Positions 8,287 through 18,973 of a stretch of DNA of 64,000 bases are shown here, in pieces. The notes below the pieces were generated by a model, which was given only the letters and a program-made list of their open reading frames with translations, did not search any database and was not told the DNA's origin. Within the stretch, counting starts at the first letter, position 1; each line of letters starts with the position of its first letter. Origin of the DNA: Candidatus Scatosoma sp. (GTDB lineage: Bacteria > Bacillota > Clostridia > Christensenellales > Borkfalkiaceae); NCBI GenBank assembly GCA_045542595.1, contig JAZQLI010000026.1, forward strand, positions 4,732-68,731. The letters are read 5' to 3'. A program made the translations under genes and the position numbers.

Positions 8287-9036
8287 ATGCGTTACGTTAT
8301 GAAAATTGCATACGACGGTACGCAGTACGCAGGCTGGCAACGCCAAAAGAATGCGCTATCCGTACAAGAAGTTTTGGAAAATGCAGTGCAAACCGCCTTG
8401 GGGAAATCGGTAAAAATTACGGGCAGCGGACGTACCGACGCAGGCGTTCACGCCGCAGGTCAAACCTGCCATTTCGATTTAGAGAGTAGTGTTCCTGCGG
8501 AAAAAATGCCCGATTGTTTAAATCGTTTTTTGCCCCCCGACGTTCGAGTGTTAGACGGTTGGCAAGCCCCCGACGGGTTTGATTGTAACCGTAGTGCGAA
8601 ACGGAAAACGTATAAATACTCTTTATACGTAAGCAAACGGGATATGCCGTTGAAAGAACGTTACGCCGTGCGGATAGAAAGCGCGCCTACTTTGCAGGCA
8701 CTTCGCAAAGCGGCGAAGCTGTTTGAAGGCGAACACAATTTTAAAGCGTTTTGCGCTTCGGGCTCGTCGGTGAAAACTACTGTGCGTACGGTGTACGAAG
8801 TCCGCGTGGACGAAACGAAAAGCTATGGCGAGCGCAATATCGACGTATACGTAACGGGCAACGGATTTTTATACAATATGGTGCGTACGCTCGTGGGGGA
8901 ATTGTTAGATTTGGCGGACGGAAAAAAGAGTGCGGAAAGTTTAGCACTCGCTTTTGAAACGGGGCAAAGAGAATTGTTGGCGAAGACAATGCCTGCGAAA
9001 GGCTTGACGTTGATGCAGGTGGAGTACGGTTTGTAA
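8287..9036 (+). CDS. truA: tRNA pseudouridine(38-40) synthase
   Basis: The protein begins MRYVMKIAYDGTQYAGWQRQ and carries the catalytic motif GSGRTDAGVHA. An AGGAGA RBS precedes ATG 8287. The upstream extension of the ORF (8188) overlaps ecfT and is rejected. The ecfA-ecfT-truA order is conserved in Firmicutes. Confidence 0.9.
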   Translation: MRYVMKIAYDGTQYAGWQRQKNALSVQEVLENAVQTALGKSVKITGSGRTDAGVHAAGQTCHFDLESSVPAEKMPDCLNRFLPPDVRVLDGWQAPDGFDCNRSAKRKTYKYSLYVSKRDMPLKERYAVRIESAPTLQALRKAAKLFEGEHNFKAFCASGSSVKTTVRTVYEVRVDETKSYGERNIDVYVTGNGFLYNMVRTLVGELLDLADGKKSAESLALAFETGQRELLAKTMPAKGLTLMQVEYGL

Positions 9037-9069
9037 TTAGCAAAAGGAGTTTATTAAACACACGCAATT

Positions 9070-9960
9070 ATGGAAATTTTCGGTTTATATCAGGCGTTTG
9101 CCTATCCGTTAATCAATTTTAACTTTTTAGACGTACCTACGGGTTTTATCGTGGGTTTAAGCGCAGGTTTTGCCGTTTGGTTGGCACTGTTTATTTTGCA
9201 GGGGTTCGGTTTGTACACAATGGCAAAAAATAAGGGGATATCTAAGCGTGCGCTTGCGTTCGTTCCGTTTGCAAACATTTGGCTGATGGGCAAAATGGCA
9301 GGTTCTTGCGATATTTTTGGGCATCCCATTAAACGCGCAGGGTTGTATACTATGTTATTGCAAATCTTCGTAACCGTTTTCTCGTTCGCTTGTATTGCCG
9401 CGGAAATGTATTTGTATATCGCGCACGGAATGCCGCAAATCAACGGAGTTTTGGAAACTCCCTACTGGGGCTTGACAGGTTTTGCAGGTGTGGTAGAAGA
9501 ATTTTACGCGCTTAGTAATTTTATCTACTCTATTCCCGTACTCTTATATAACATTTTTATGATGGTACTTTTGATGGGACTTTTAAAACAATATTCGCCC
9601 AAAAACTATTCGGGGCTTGGATTGTTGTCTTTATTCGTGCCTGAAGCACGGTTTATTGCCATATTCGTGTTGCGCAAACGCAAGGCAATCGACTTTGACG
9701 CATTTATGCGCGCTCGTAGAGAAGCGTATTTCCGTCAACGCCAGCAGTATCAAAATCAATACGGAAATCCGTATAACAATCCCTATAACAACCCGTATGG
9801 CAATCCTTACAACGGCAACGGAAATTATAACCGTCCGCCGCAGGATACGCCGCCTGCGCCCCCCGAAGAACCGTTTGCGGAATTTGGAACGGGCAAGGAG
9901 CAAGGTGGCGAAAAAACAAGTCAATCAAACGGCGCGGACGACGAAGAGTTTTTCCACTGA
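9070..9960 (+). CDS. multi-pass membrane protein with an N/P/Y/G-rich low-complexity C-terminal tail
   Basis: About 5-6 hydrophobic helices followed by QQYQNQYGNPYNNPYNNPYGNPYNGNGNYNRPPQ. There is no clear RBS at 9070, so the start is uncertain. Confidence 0.5.
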   Translation: MEIFGLYQAFAYPLINFNFLDVPTGFIVGLSAGFAVWLALFILQGFGLYTMAKNKGISKRALAFVPFANIWLMGKMAGSCDIFGHPIKRAGLYTMLLQIFVTVFSFACIAAEMYLYIAHGMPQINGVLETPYWGLTGFAGVVEEFYALSNFIYSIPVLLYNIFMMVLLMGLLKQYSPKNYSGLGLLSLFVPEARFIAIFVLRKRKAIDFDAFMRARREAYFRQRQQYQNQYGNPYNNPYNNPYGNPYNGNGNYNRPPQDTPPAPPEEPFAEFGTGKEQGGEKTSQSNGADDEEFFH

Positions 9961-9990
9961 AAAACACAATTTTATCCATACTAAAAAACG

Positions 9991-10031
9991 GACGGAAAAT
10001 AAGGAAAACTTATATATTCCGTCTTTTTTTT
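9991..10031 (+). terminator. rho-independent terminator
   Basis: Stem gacggaa (9991-9997) / ttccgtc (10017-10023) followed by eight T residues. Confidence 0.55.
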
Positions 10032-10053
10032 ACGCAAAAACGTCGCGAAACGG

Positions 10054-10082
10054 TTTACACCATTTTTCTTGTGTGGTATAAT
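10054..10082 (+). promoter_or_regulatory. sigma-A type promoter for mnmE
   Basis: TTTACA, a 17-nt spacer, then TATAAT with an extended -10 TG (tgg tataat). Confidence 0.55.
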
Positions 10083-10126
10083 AGAATAGAGATATAAGCG
10101 TACGTTATAAATACAAAGGAGTTTAT

Positions 10127-11467
10127 ATGCTGGAAGACAACGTATCGGCAATCGCTACGCCACCGGGGAAAGGCGGTGTTGCCATTATCCGAATCAGCGG
10201 AAAAAGTCCGCTGGAAATAGCCGAAAAAATGTTCACGCCTACGGGGAAAACGCCTGTCAGCGGTTTTATGCCGTATAAAATGTATCCCGGCCATATTAAC
10301 GGGGGCAATTTTACCGATTTCGGGCTGTGCGTATACTTTAAAGCACCGGCAAGCTATACGGGCGAAGATATTGTGGAATTTCATTGCCACGGCGGCGAAA
10401 ACGTCGCGCGCGGTATTTTAAAGCAAACGTTTTTGCACGGCGCAAAAAGCGCAGGCAGGGGAGAATTTACAAAACGCGCGTTTTTAAACGGAAAACTCTC
10501 CTTGTCGTCCGCGGAAGGCGTTGCGAATATGATCAACGGCGAATCGGACGCCGAAGTAAAAGCAGGATACTTGTTGTACAGTGAAAAACTCACTAGTCTT
10601 GTCAAAGAATTGCAAGCGGATTTAACCACTATGCTTGCAGGTATCGACGTTTCGGTGGATTATCCCGAAGAAGATATCGAAGAACAACATATCGACGAGC
10701 TGGCTTTGGCGCTTGCGCCTATCCAAGCAAGGCTGCAAACGCTGCTTAATAGTTACGCTACGGGTAAAAAAATTAAATCTGGCGTAACGGTAGCTATTTG
10801 CGGTAAGCCGAACACGGGGAAAAGCTCCCTTTTAAATAAACTGCTCGGCTATGAAAAAGCCATTGTTTCCAACGTGGCAGGCACTACGCGCGACGCGGTG
10901 GAAGGCGTGTTGGAAATCAACGGTAGAAAATTTAATATATACGATACGGCAGGTATGCGCGAAAGCGGCGACGCCATTGAAAATATCGGTATCGAACGCG
11001 CCGAAGCTATCGTTCGCGCGGCGGACGTAGTGGTATTCGTTGCCGACCTTATCAGCGGTATCGACGAAGAAGACGCACGCATACTTGCTATGGTTCACGG
11101 AAAACCGCTTATTAAGGTACTCAATAAATCGGATATCACGAAAGACGAAACGCCTACCGACGCCGACGTGCACACTTCGGCAATGACGGGCGAAGGGATT
11201 TTGAAATTAAAAGAGTTATTATACGAAAAGAGCTTCGGCGATAGAAGCGAAGATGCGGCATTTTTAATTGAAGAACGTCATTACGACGCATTACGCCGCG
11301 CCAAAGAGAGTATTGTAAAAGCAATCAACGCGTGTGAAAGCGAACCACTCGATTTAATAGGAATCGACGTAAAAGCGGCTTGGGACGCTTTAGGCGAAAT
11401 CACGGGTGAAACGGCAACGGAAACGATTATCGAAGAAATATTTGCAAAATTTTGCGTGGGGAAATAA
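10127..11467 (+). CDS. mnmE: tRNA uridine-5-carboxymethylaminomethyl modification GTPase
   Basis: IATPPGKGGVAIIRISG N-terminus, G-domain motifs GKPNTGKSSLLN / DTAG / NKSD, and the C-terminal FCVGK tetrapeptide. Confidence 0.9.
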   Translation: MLEDNVSAIATPPGKGGVAIIRISGKSPLEIAEKMFTPTGKTPVSGFMPYKMYPGHINGGNFTDFGLCVYFKAPASYTGEDIVEFHCHGGENVARGILKQTFLHGAKSAGRGEFTKRAFLNGKLSLSSAEGVANMINGESDAEVKAGYLLYSEKLTSLVKELQADLTTMLAGIDVSVDYPEEDIEEQHIDELALALAPIQARLQTLLNSYATGKKIKSGVTVAICGKPNTGKSSLLNKLLGYEKAIVSNVAGTTRDAVEGVLEINGRKFNIYDTAGMRESGDAIENIGIERAEAIVRAADVVVFVADLISGIDEEDARILAMVHGKPLIKVLNKSDITKDETPTDADVHTSAMTGEGILKLKELLYEKSFGDRSEDAAFLIEERHYDALRRAKESIVKAINACESEPLDLIGIDVKAAWDALGEITGETATETIIEEIFAKFCVGK

Positions 11468-11488
11468 CAAAAGCAAAGGGGAAAGGAA

Positions 11489-12379
11489 ATGGTAAATTTA
11501 GATTTATACAGAGTTTTCTATACGGTAGCGAAAAGCGGCAGCTTAACCAAAGCCGCGGAAGAATTATACATTTCCCAGCCAGCCGTTTCCCGTTCGATAA
11601 AACAGCTGGAAACGCAGCTTGGGGTGTCGTTGTTCACGCGTACGCATAGGGGAATGAAACTTTCTCCGCAGGGTGGAGAGCTTATTTTCGACGAAGTAGA
11701 ACGTGCACTCACCTTGCTTGTAGACGCCGAAAACCGTATCGCAGCACGGAAAACTACGGCAACGGGCACACTGCGTATCGGCGCAAGCGATACCATTTTC
11801 GAATATTTTCTCGCGGATAAAATAGTAGATTTTCACGAACGCTTCCCCGAAGTGAATATCGACTTGGTTGCCGATTTTACTCCCGATACCATTGCAAAAT
11901 TAAAGGAAGGCAAATGCGACGTGGCGTTCGTCAATTTACCCATTGAAGACGATTCTGATTTAAAGCTGCAAAGTAATTGTATGCGTTTAAACGACTCGTT
12001 CGTTACAGGCGAAAAATTTTCTTATCTTGCCCAAGAAAAAACGCCGCTTGCCGAGCTTTCTAAATATCCACTTATTTTTATGGATAAAAACACGGTGGCG
12101 CGCCGTTCGCTGGATGCGTTTTTACATTCTATCGGCGTAACCTTGCAGCCTGCCATCGAAGTGGGCAGTTGGGATTTAATGAAGCGGCTTGTTGCGCGCG
12201 GTATGGGGATAGGCGTCATCCCCCGAGAATACATCACGAAAGAACGGGAAACCAACGCGTTATACGAAATCAAAACGGATATTGCGCTTCCTACCCGTTC
12301 AGTGGGTATGTTGTTGCATAAAGCAACGCCCGTTTCGTATGCAGTACATTGTTTTATTGAAGATTTTTGTAAGGAATAA
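11489..12379 (+). CDS. LysR-family transcriptional regulator
   Basis: N-terminal wHTH (LYRVFYTVAKSGSLTKAAEELYISQPAVSRSIKQLE) plus a substrate-binding domain of about 200 aa. Confidence 0.85.
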   Translation: MVNLDLYRVFYTVAKSGSLTKAAEELYISQPAVSRSIKQLETQLGVSLFTRTHRGMKLSPQGGELIFDEVERALTLLVDAENRIAARKTTATGTLRIGASDTIFEYFLADKIVDFHERFPEVNIDLVADFTPDTIAKLKEGKCDVAFVNLPIEDDSDLKLQSNCMRLNDSFVTGEKFSYLAQEKTPLAELSKYPLIFMDKNTVARRSLDAFLHSIGVTLQPAIEVGSWDLMKRLVARGMGIGVIPREYITKERETNALYEIKTDIALPTRSVGMLLHKATPVSYAVHCFIEDFCKE

Positions 12380-12396
12380 TCATTTAGGGAACATCT

Positions 12397-14205
12397 ATGG
12401 CGAAACCAAATTCTCTTTTAAGAAATTTTTGTATCATTGCACATATCGACCACGGTAAAAGCACCCTTGCGGACAGATTGATGGAACGCACGGGGCAGGT
12501 TTCCGAACGGGATATGGAAGAACAGCTGTTGGATAGTATGGATATCGAACGGGAGCGCGGTATTACTATTAAGCTCACGCCCGTACGTATGTACTATACG
12601 GCAAAGGACGGACAGGAATACGAATTTAACCTTATCGATACCCCGGGACACGTAGACTTCACGTACGAAGTCAGTCGTTCGTTAGCGGCGTGCGAAGGTG
12701 CTATTTTGGTGGTGGACGCCACGCAAGGCGTAGAAGCGCAAACGCTTGCCAACGTATATCTTGCCATTGAAAACAACTTGGAAATTTTACCCGTTATCAA
12801 TAAAATCGACCTTCCCAGCGCACGCATTGACGAAGTGAAAAAGGAAATAGAAGACGTTATAGGGTTAGATGCGGAAGGCGTGCCTTGCGTTTCCGCAAAA
12901 GAAGGCACGAATATTGAAGATTTATTAGAAGCGATAACTACGTATTTCCCTGCGCCCAGCGGAGATACCGAAAATCCTTTAAAGGCACTGATATTTGATA
13001 GCTATTACGATAACTATAAAGGGGTTATTCTTTTCGTTCGCATTAAAGACGGTGAAGTGAAAGTAGGGGATAAAATAAAAACGTTTTTATCGTCCACGGT
13101 ATACGACGTAACCGAAGTGGGCGCGTTCGCACCCGGTTTACACCCCAAAGCAGTACTCAAAGCAGGGGAAGTAGGGTATATTGCCGCTTCGATAAAATCC
13201 ATTCAAGACGTGGCGGTGGGCGATACGGTAACGCTTGCCACAAATCCCGCAAAAGAGCCGCTTCCCGGTTATAAAAAAGTACAACCCGTGGTATTTTGCG
13301 GTATTTACCCGTTAGACGGTAGTAAGTTTAACGATTTAAAAGAAGCCATTTTAAAATTACAACTCAACGACGCGTCTTTAATTTTCGAACCGGATAATTC
13401 AGTTGCGCTCGGCTTTGGTTTTCGGTGTGGATTTTTAGGACTCTTGCATATGGAAATCATTCAAGAGCGTATCGAACGGGAATTCAACTTGGATATCATC
13501 ACCACCGCGCCGTCGGTAAGCTATTTAGTGCATAAAACGGACGGCACGGAATTTTTCGTGGATAACCCGTCGCATTTGCCCGACCCTTCGGATATCGAAT
13601 ATATGGAAGAGCCCGTCGTAAAAGCGGAAGTGTATACCCCGCCCGATTATATGGGCCCCATTATGGATTTATGCAAGGAAAAACGGGGCGTGTTTCATAA
13701 TATGACCTATTTGGACGAGCGACGTGTAAAACTAGAATATACGTTGCCCTTAAATGAAATTGTGTACGACTTTTTCGACGGATTAAAATCCCGTACCAAA
13801 GGGTATGCTAGTTTCGATTACGAGCTTTCGGGCTATCAACGTTCCAAACTCGTTCGGTTGGATATTTTACTCAACGGCGAGATATGCGACGCGCTTTCTA
13901 CCATTGTATTTGAAGGTCGCGCATACGAACGTGGCAGGACGCTTTGCGAAAACTTAAAAGACGCTATTCCCCGTCAGTTGTTTGAAATCCCCGTGCAAGC
14001 GGCGGTAGGCGGCAAAATTATTGCACGCGAAACGGTAAAAGCCGTGCGTAAAGACGTACTTGCTAAATGTTACGGCGGCGATATTACGCGAAAACGTAAA
14101 CTCCTTGAAAAACAAAAAGAAGGGAAAAAGCGTATGCGTAAAGTGGGCACGGTCGACGTTCCCAGCGAAGTATTTATGGAAATTCTTAAAACGAATAAAG
14201 ATTAA
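12397..14205 (+). CDS. lepA: translation elongation factor 4
   Basis: [28 protein letters not shown] and NKIDL motifs, plus the LepA-specific C-terminal domain. Length is 602 aa. Confidence 0.95.
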   Translation: MAKPNSLLRNFCIIAHIDHGKSTLADRLMERTGQVSERDMEEQLLDSMDIERERGITIKLTPVRMYYTAKDGQEYEFNLIDTPGHVDFTYEVSRSLAACEGAILVVDATQGVEAQTLANVYLAIENNLEILPVINKIDLPSARIDEVKKEIEDVIGLDAEGVPCVSAKEGTNIEDLLEAITTYFPAPSGDTENPLKALIFDSYYDNYKGVILFVRIKDGEVKVGDKIKTFLSSTVYDVTEVGAFAPGLHPKAVLKAGEVGYIAASIKSIQDVAVGDTVTLATNPAKEPLPGYKKVQPVVFCGIYPLDGSKFNDLKEAILKLQLNDASLIFEPDNSVALGFGFRCGFLGLLHMEIIQERIEREFNLDIITTAPSVSYLVHKTDGTEFFVDNPSHLPDPSDIEYMEEPVVKAEVYTPPDYMGPIMDLCKEKRGVFHNMTYLDERRVKLEYTLPLNEIVYDFFDGLKSRTKGYASFDYELSGYQRSKLVRLDILLNGEICDALSTIVFEGRAYERGRTLCENLKDAIPRQLFEIPVQAAVGGKIIARETVKAVRKDVLAKCYGGDITRKRKLLEKQKEGKKRMRKVGTVDVPSEVFMEILKTNKD

Positions 14206-14215
14206 AGGTAAAATT

Positions 14216-15349
14216 ATGGCAGGTATTTATATTCACGTACCCTTTTGTCGGCACAAATGCTCCTATTGCGATTTCACGTCCTTCCCCGATAAAATCGACT
14301 ATGCGGAAGCGTATATGGCGTGTTTGTATAAAGAGCTTAAAATGCGCGGCGAAGAATTGAAAAATTACGTCTTCGACACCGTATATTTTGGGGGCGGCAC
14401 GCCTTCGTACATTCCGCCTAAACTCATTAAAGGGGCAATGAATCAAATTAAAAAGTGTTTCCGTCTTGCCAAAAATGCGGAAATCACGTTAGAACTCAAT
14501 CCCGGTACGATAGGGGAAGGGAAAGTGCAAACGTACTTAAGCGCGGGTATTAACCGTTTTTCTATCGGTTTGCAAACGGCTATCGACGAACAACTTGTCG
14601 ATTTAGGCAGAATTCATAACGCGCAGGACTACGTATTTGCGACGAAACTTTTGAAAGGGCAAAATTTCAGTACCGACGTGATGCTGGGCTTAAAAAACCA
14701 AACGAAGGAAGACGTACGTAAAACGATAGAACTTGCGCACCTTTGCGGCTCGAAGCATATATCTATGTACGCGCTCACCGTAGAAGACGGCACGCCTATT
14801 TATACCGACTATTTAAACGGCGAACTGCCCGATAGCGACGAGGTTGCCGAATTGTACGAATACGGCAGACAACTACTCGCGGAAAAGGGTTATAAGCGGT
14901 ACGAAATTTCCAACTTCGCCATTCCCGGTTATGAAAGTAAACATAACTTAAACTACTGGAAGCGGGGCGAATATATCGGCGTAGGCGTTTCGGCAAGCTC
15001 GTTTATGCAAGGCAAACGCTTTACAAATACCTTCGATTTAGACGAGTATATGAAATGTATTATTTCAGGCTTCTATCCTGCAGTAACGAGCGAACAGGTG
15101 AGCGTAGACGACGCGAAGTTCGAATTTATTATGCTTGCGCTCCGCACGAAATACGGAGTGGATATGGAAGCCTATAAAAAAGAGTTTGGCAGTTCGCTTG
15201 CGGAAGATTTTCCTACGGCACTTAAAAAGACGGCGCAGTATTTAAATTTAAACGGTAGCATACTCACGATAAAGGACGAATATTTATACGTGCAAAATTC
15301 GATATTGATGCCGTTTATGGAAGAACCGCGAACGACGGAAACTAACTAA
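14216..15349 (+). CDS. hemW: radical SAM heme chaperone HemW (HemN-like, oxygen-independent coproporphyrinogen oxidase family)
   Basis: The protein begins MAGIYIHVPFCRHKCSYCDF, which carries the CxxxCxxC radical SAM motif. ATG 14216 lies just after the lepA stop. The longer ORF from 14060 overlaps lepA and is rejected. lepA-hemW linkage is conserved. Confidence 0.85.
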   Translation: MAGIYIHVPFCRHKCSYCDFTSFPDKIDYAEAYMACLYKELKMRGEELKNYVFDTVYFGGGTPSYIPPKLIKGAMNQIKKCFRLAKNAEITLELNPGTIGEGKVQTYLSAGINRFSIGLQTAIDEQLVDLGRIHNAQDYVFATKLLKGQNFSTDVMLGLKNQTKEDVRKTIELAHLCGSKHISMYALTVEDGTPIYTDYLNGELPDSDEVAELYEYGRQLLAEKGYKRYEISNFAIPGYESKHNLNYWKRGEYIGVGVSASSFMQGKRFTNTFDLDEYMKCIISGFYPAVTSEQVSVDDAKFEFIMLALRTKYGVDMEAYKKEFGSSLAEDFPTALKKTAQYLNLNGSILTIKDEYLYVQNSILMPFMEEPRTTETN

Positions 15350-15374
15350 AACATAAGGGCAGGTACGCGTTGAA

Positions 15375-15875
15375 ATGAAAAACAACATTATTTTAATAGG
15401 TATGCCGGGGAGTGGAAAAACTACGCTCGGCACGGAGCTTTCCGAAAAGCTGGGATACGGTTATATCGATAGCGATAGCGTAATCGTTGCGCGCGAGGGC
15501 AAACGTTTAAACGAAATCATTGCCGAAGTGGGTAGGGAAGCGTTTTTAGACATTGAAGCAAAGGTAAATAGCGAACTTTGCGCGGATAGGTGCGTCATCG
15601 CCACAGGCGGTAGCGTTATTTATCGCGATACGGCTATGCAAAAGCTGAAACAGCTTGGTAAAATTGTATACTTACAACTCCCTTATGAAGTAATTAAACG
15701 CCGTTTGGGCGATTTAAAAAAACGCGGTGTGGCATTAAAAGACGGGTTTACCTTAAAAGATTTATACGACGAACGAACGCCGTTATATGAAAAATACGCC
15801 GACGTTATCGTTCCGTTAAACGGACAATCGATAGCGCAAGCGGTGGAAAAAATCGTGGAGATTTTGCAGCAATGA
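15375..15875 (+). CDS. aroK: shikimate kinase
   Basis: IILIGMPGSGKTTLG Walker A, DSD and GGS motifs. Length is 166 aa. Confidence 0.8.
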   Translation: MKNNIILIGMPGSGKTTLGTELSEKLGYGYIDSDSVIVAREGKRLNEIIAEVGREAFLDIEAKVNSELCADRCVIATGGSVIYRDTAMQKLKQLGKIVYLQLPYEVIKRRLGDLKKRGVALKDGFTLKDLYDERTPLYEKYADVIVPLNGQSIAQAVEKIVEILQQ

Positions 15876-16927
15876 CAAACGTAAAACAAGCGAAAATCGC
15901 CATATACGGCGCAGGGGCAATGGGTACGGTTTTAGGTACGCTTTTAACGCTCGGCGGTTTGGAAAACGTATATCTTATTACACGCAATAAAGCGCACGTG
16001 CACGGCTTGCAAACCAAAGGCGCAACGCTTGTATGCACGGCGGAAAATGAAAAACGCACTTCCCCTGTAAAGGCGCTTTTGCCCGAAGAAATGCAGGGCA
16101 CGTACGACGTGATATTTTTGATGACCAAACAACGGGATAACGAAACTATTTTACGCTCGCTTTTGCCGTTTATGCACAAGGATACCGTTGTTTGCACTAC
16201 GCAAAACGGCTTACCCGAACGCTCGGTAGAAGAAGTGGTAGGCGCAAGACGTACCTTTGGCGGCGTGGCTTCGTTTGGCGCGACGTTTATCGGCGAAGGC
16301 AAGGTGGAATTGACTTCCGCGTTTTTAGGAATGCGCATACAAGTGGCTTCCCTTTCGGGCGATAGGGAAAAGGAAACGTTTTTACAGTCCGTTTTATCGC
16401 ACGCAGGCAAGCCCATTCAAAACGAAAACTTTGCTCAAATTGCGGAAAATTTACAAGGCGCAAGGTGGAGTAAGCTTGCCATCAACGCGGCGTTTTCGGG
16501 CTTGTCCGTCGTTACGGGGTTAACGTTTGGGGAAATTGCCAAAATTAAAAAAACGCGCAAAATTGCGCTGGGTATTTTACGGGAATGTATGTCCGTAGCC
16601 AACGCTATGGGCGTGGAACTTGAGCCTATGCAAGGCCACGATATGCAAAAACTGCTGGGCGGAAACGGATTTTTCAAAACGTCGTTTGCGTTATTTGCTT
16701 TGCCTATTGCAATGAAACGGCATAAACATTTGGTTTCGGGTATGTTAAAGGACGTACAAAACGGTAAAAAATGCGAAATTGATTATATTGACGGCGTAGT
16801 GGTACAACGCGGTAAAGAAGCAGGCGTAGAAACGCCCCTTTGTGAAAAGGTAGTTGAAATTGTACATGGCATTGAAAACGGATTATACGAAACGGCTTTG
16901 GAAAACGTCGATTTTTTTAAACAGTAA
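15872..16927 (+). CDS. ketopantoate reductase (PanE/ApbA) family oxidoreductase
   Basis: N-terminal Rossmann motif KIAIYGAGAMGTVLG, the ApbA N- and C-domain pattern, and an ATGA overlap with aroK. Confidence 0.7.
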   Translation: MTNVKQAKIAIYGAGAMGTVLGTLLTLGGLENVYLITRNKAHVHGLQTKGATLVCTAENEKRTSPVKALLPEEMQGTYDVIFLMTKQRDNETILRSLLPFMHKDTVVCTTQNGLPERSVEEVVGARRTFGGVASFGATFIGEGKVELTSAFLGMRIQVASLSGDREKETFLQSVLSHAGKPIQNENFAQIAENLQGARWSKLAINAAFSGLSVVTGLTFGEIAKIKKTRKIALGILRECMSVANAMGVELEPMQGHDMQKLLGGNGFFKTSFALFALPIAMKRHKHLVSGMLKDVQNGKKCEIDYIDGVVVQRGKEAGVETPLCEKVVEIVHGIENGLYETALENVDFFKQ

Positions 16928-16958
16928 ATAGAAAAAAACAAAAAGAAGGTATACAGGT

Positions 16959-18599
16959 ATGGATTTAATAAAACTTGCAAATGCGCTTATCCCCGACGAG
17001 AACGTAAAGGATTTAGAATTTTACGAAGCGCAATATCCCGAAAGAAATTTAGAAAAAGGCGCACAGGTTACCCGTCTTGCGCCCAGCCCCACGGGCTTTA
17101 TGCATATCGGTAATTTATTTGTTGCACTCGCTAACGAGCGTATCGCGCACCAAAGCGGCGGCGTGTTCTATCTCCGCATAGAAGATACCGACGAAAAACG
17201 TAAAGTGGAAGGCGCGGTGGAAGTTATTCATTCGTCTTTGAAATATTTCGACGTACTCTTTGACGAAGGCGCAGATTTGGGTGGCGACTACGGTCCGTAC
17301 TATCAACGCCAACGCGCGGAAGTGTATCACGCGTACGCTAAGGAACTTATCAAAAAAGGTTTGGCATATCCCTGTTTTTGCACGGAAGAAGATTTGGAAA
17401 ATACCCGTAACCATCAAACGGAAAACAAACTGCTTCCCGGTTATTACGGCGAATTTGCAAAATGCCGCAATTTAACGGAAGAAGAAATTTATAAAAATTT
17501 AAAAGCAGGCAAGCCGTACGTTATCCGTTTAAAATCGCAGGGCGACGTGGACGTGAAGCATACCTTCCACGACGAAGTGAAAGGGGATATTACCGTAACC
17601 GAAAACAATCAAGACGTAGTCATTTTGAAATCGGACGGTATTCCTACTTACCATTTTGCGCACGCCATTGACGACCATTTTATGCGCACCACGCTGGTTA
17701 TTCGCGGTGAAGAATGGCTCTCTTCCTTGCCTATTCATATCGAACTTTTCAAAGTGCTCGGTTTTAAACTCCCTAAATACGGGCACAACTGTTCCATTCA
17801 AAAAATCGACGGGGAAACGCGTAGAAAACTTTCTAAGCGTAAAGACCCCGAAGCTTCGCTTACCTTCTATCGCGAACAGGGCTATACGAAAGAAGCGGTG
17901 CGTACGTATATGATGACGCTCTTAAATTCTAACTTTGAAGAATGGCTTTTGAAATTCCCCGATAAGCCGTTGGAAGAATTTAAGTATTCCATTAACAAAA
18001 TGGGTAAAAGCGGCGCGCTTTTCGATATTGTAAAACTCAACGATATCGCAAAAACGTGTATGGCGAAACTCTCCGAAGAAGAAGCGTTTACGTTCTTTAA
18101 AACGTGGGCAAATGAGTACGGCACAAGCGCGCAAAAGGCATATTTTACCAATAAGGAATATATGCTGAAGGTGCTGGCGCTTTGTATGGGTATCGGCGGT
18201 AAAAAGAGGAGAAAAGATTTTATTTGCGCCAAACAAGCTATGGATATGGTGGCGTATTTCTTCCCCGCGACGTTTGCCCCCGAATACGTTTACCGCTTCG
18301 ATAATGCAACGGTAAAGAAAGTTTTAAGCGGTTTTAAGTCGGTTTATGCGTACGGGGACGATTGCAGCACGTGGTTTGATAAAGTGAAAGCAGTGGCGGC
18401 GGAAAACGGATTTGCTACCGATATGAAAGCGTATAAAGCAGACCCTACGGCATTCCCGGGAAACGTTTCCGACGTGGCGGAAATGCTGCGTATTGCAACG
18501 ACGGGGCTTGCCAACACGCCCGATTTGTGGACGATTATGCAAATTTTGGGCGAAGAAGAAACGCTTGCGCGCTTGGATAAAGCTATCGCAGCGTTATAA
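16959..18599 (+). CDS. gltX: glutamate--tRNA ligase
   Basis: TRLAPSPTGFMHIGN (the HIGH motif in its GluRS-type context) and KLSKRK (KMSKS). Confidence 0.85.
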   Translation: MDLIKLANALIPDENVKDLEFYEAQYPERNLEKGAQVTRLAPSPTGFMHIGNLFVALANERIAHQSGGVFYLRIEDTDEKRKVEGAVEVIHSSLKYFDVLFDEGADLGGDYGPYYQRQRAEVYHAYAKELIKKGLAYPCFCTEEDLENTRNHQTENKLLPGYYGEFAKCRNLTEEEIYKNLKAGKPYVIRLKSQGDVDVKHTFHDEVKGDITVTENNQDVVILKSDGIPTYHFAHAIDDHFMRTTLVIRGEEWLSSLPIHIELFKVLGFKLPKYGHNCSIQKIDGETRRKLSKRKDPEASLTFYREQGYTKEAVRTYMMTLLNSNFEEWLLKFPDKPLEEFKYSINKMGKSGALFDIVKLNDIAKTCMAKLSEEEAFTFFKTWANEYGTSAQKAYFTNKEYMLKVLALCMGIGGKKRRKDFICAKQAMDMVAYFFPATFAPEYVYRFDNATVKKVLSGFKSVYAYGDDCSTWFDKVKAVAAENGFATDMKAYKADPTAFPGNVSDVAEMLRIATTGLANTPDLWTIMQILGEEETLARLDKAIAAL

Positions 18600-18616
18600 T
18601 GTAAACGAGTATAATA

Positions 18617-18655
18617 AACCGAGCCGAAATCGTGAAAGATTTCGGCTCGGTTTTA
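18617..18655. terminator. bidirectional rho-independent terminator
   Basis: A 15-bp perfect stem aaccgagccgaaatc / gatttcggctcggtt with loop gtgaaa, flanked by A- and T-runs. It lies between the convergent genes gltX and the TIGR03905-like gene. Confidence 0.7.
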
Positions 18656-18674
18656 TAAAACAAAGGAAAACTAT

Positions 18675-18932
18675 TTAAGCGTTGTTTAAAGAAGCTTTAT
18701 ATTCGCCAATGGCTTTGGAAAGCTGGTCGGGACAAGACGTATTATTACGACAACGGATACCGGCAAGCAAAGCGGCTACTTCGTCGATATCTTTTCCTTC
18801 GACAAGCTTTGCAATCCCTTGCAAGTTACCGCCGCAACCGCCGATAAAACGGACGTTATGCATTTTGTTGTTTGCGTCCACGTCGAATAAAATTTGACGG
18901 GAACACGTGCCTCTGGTAGAATAAGTAAACAT
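18675..18932 (-). CDS. TIGR03905-family small TSCPD-domain protein
   Basis: MFTYSTRGTCSRQI...GGCGGNLQGI...NNTSCPDQL, which includes the TSCPD signature. Length is about 85 aa. The start is set at the second Met. Confidence 0.65.
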   Translation of the reverse strand: MFTYSTRGTCSRQILFDVDANNKMHNVRFIGGCGGNLQGIAKLVEGKDIDEVAALLAGIRCRNNTSCPDQLSKAIGEYKASLNNA

Positions 18933-18973
18933 ATAAAAACACCTCACGTAAATTATTTATGATTTTTGATAAA

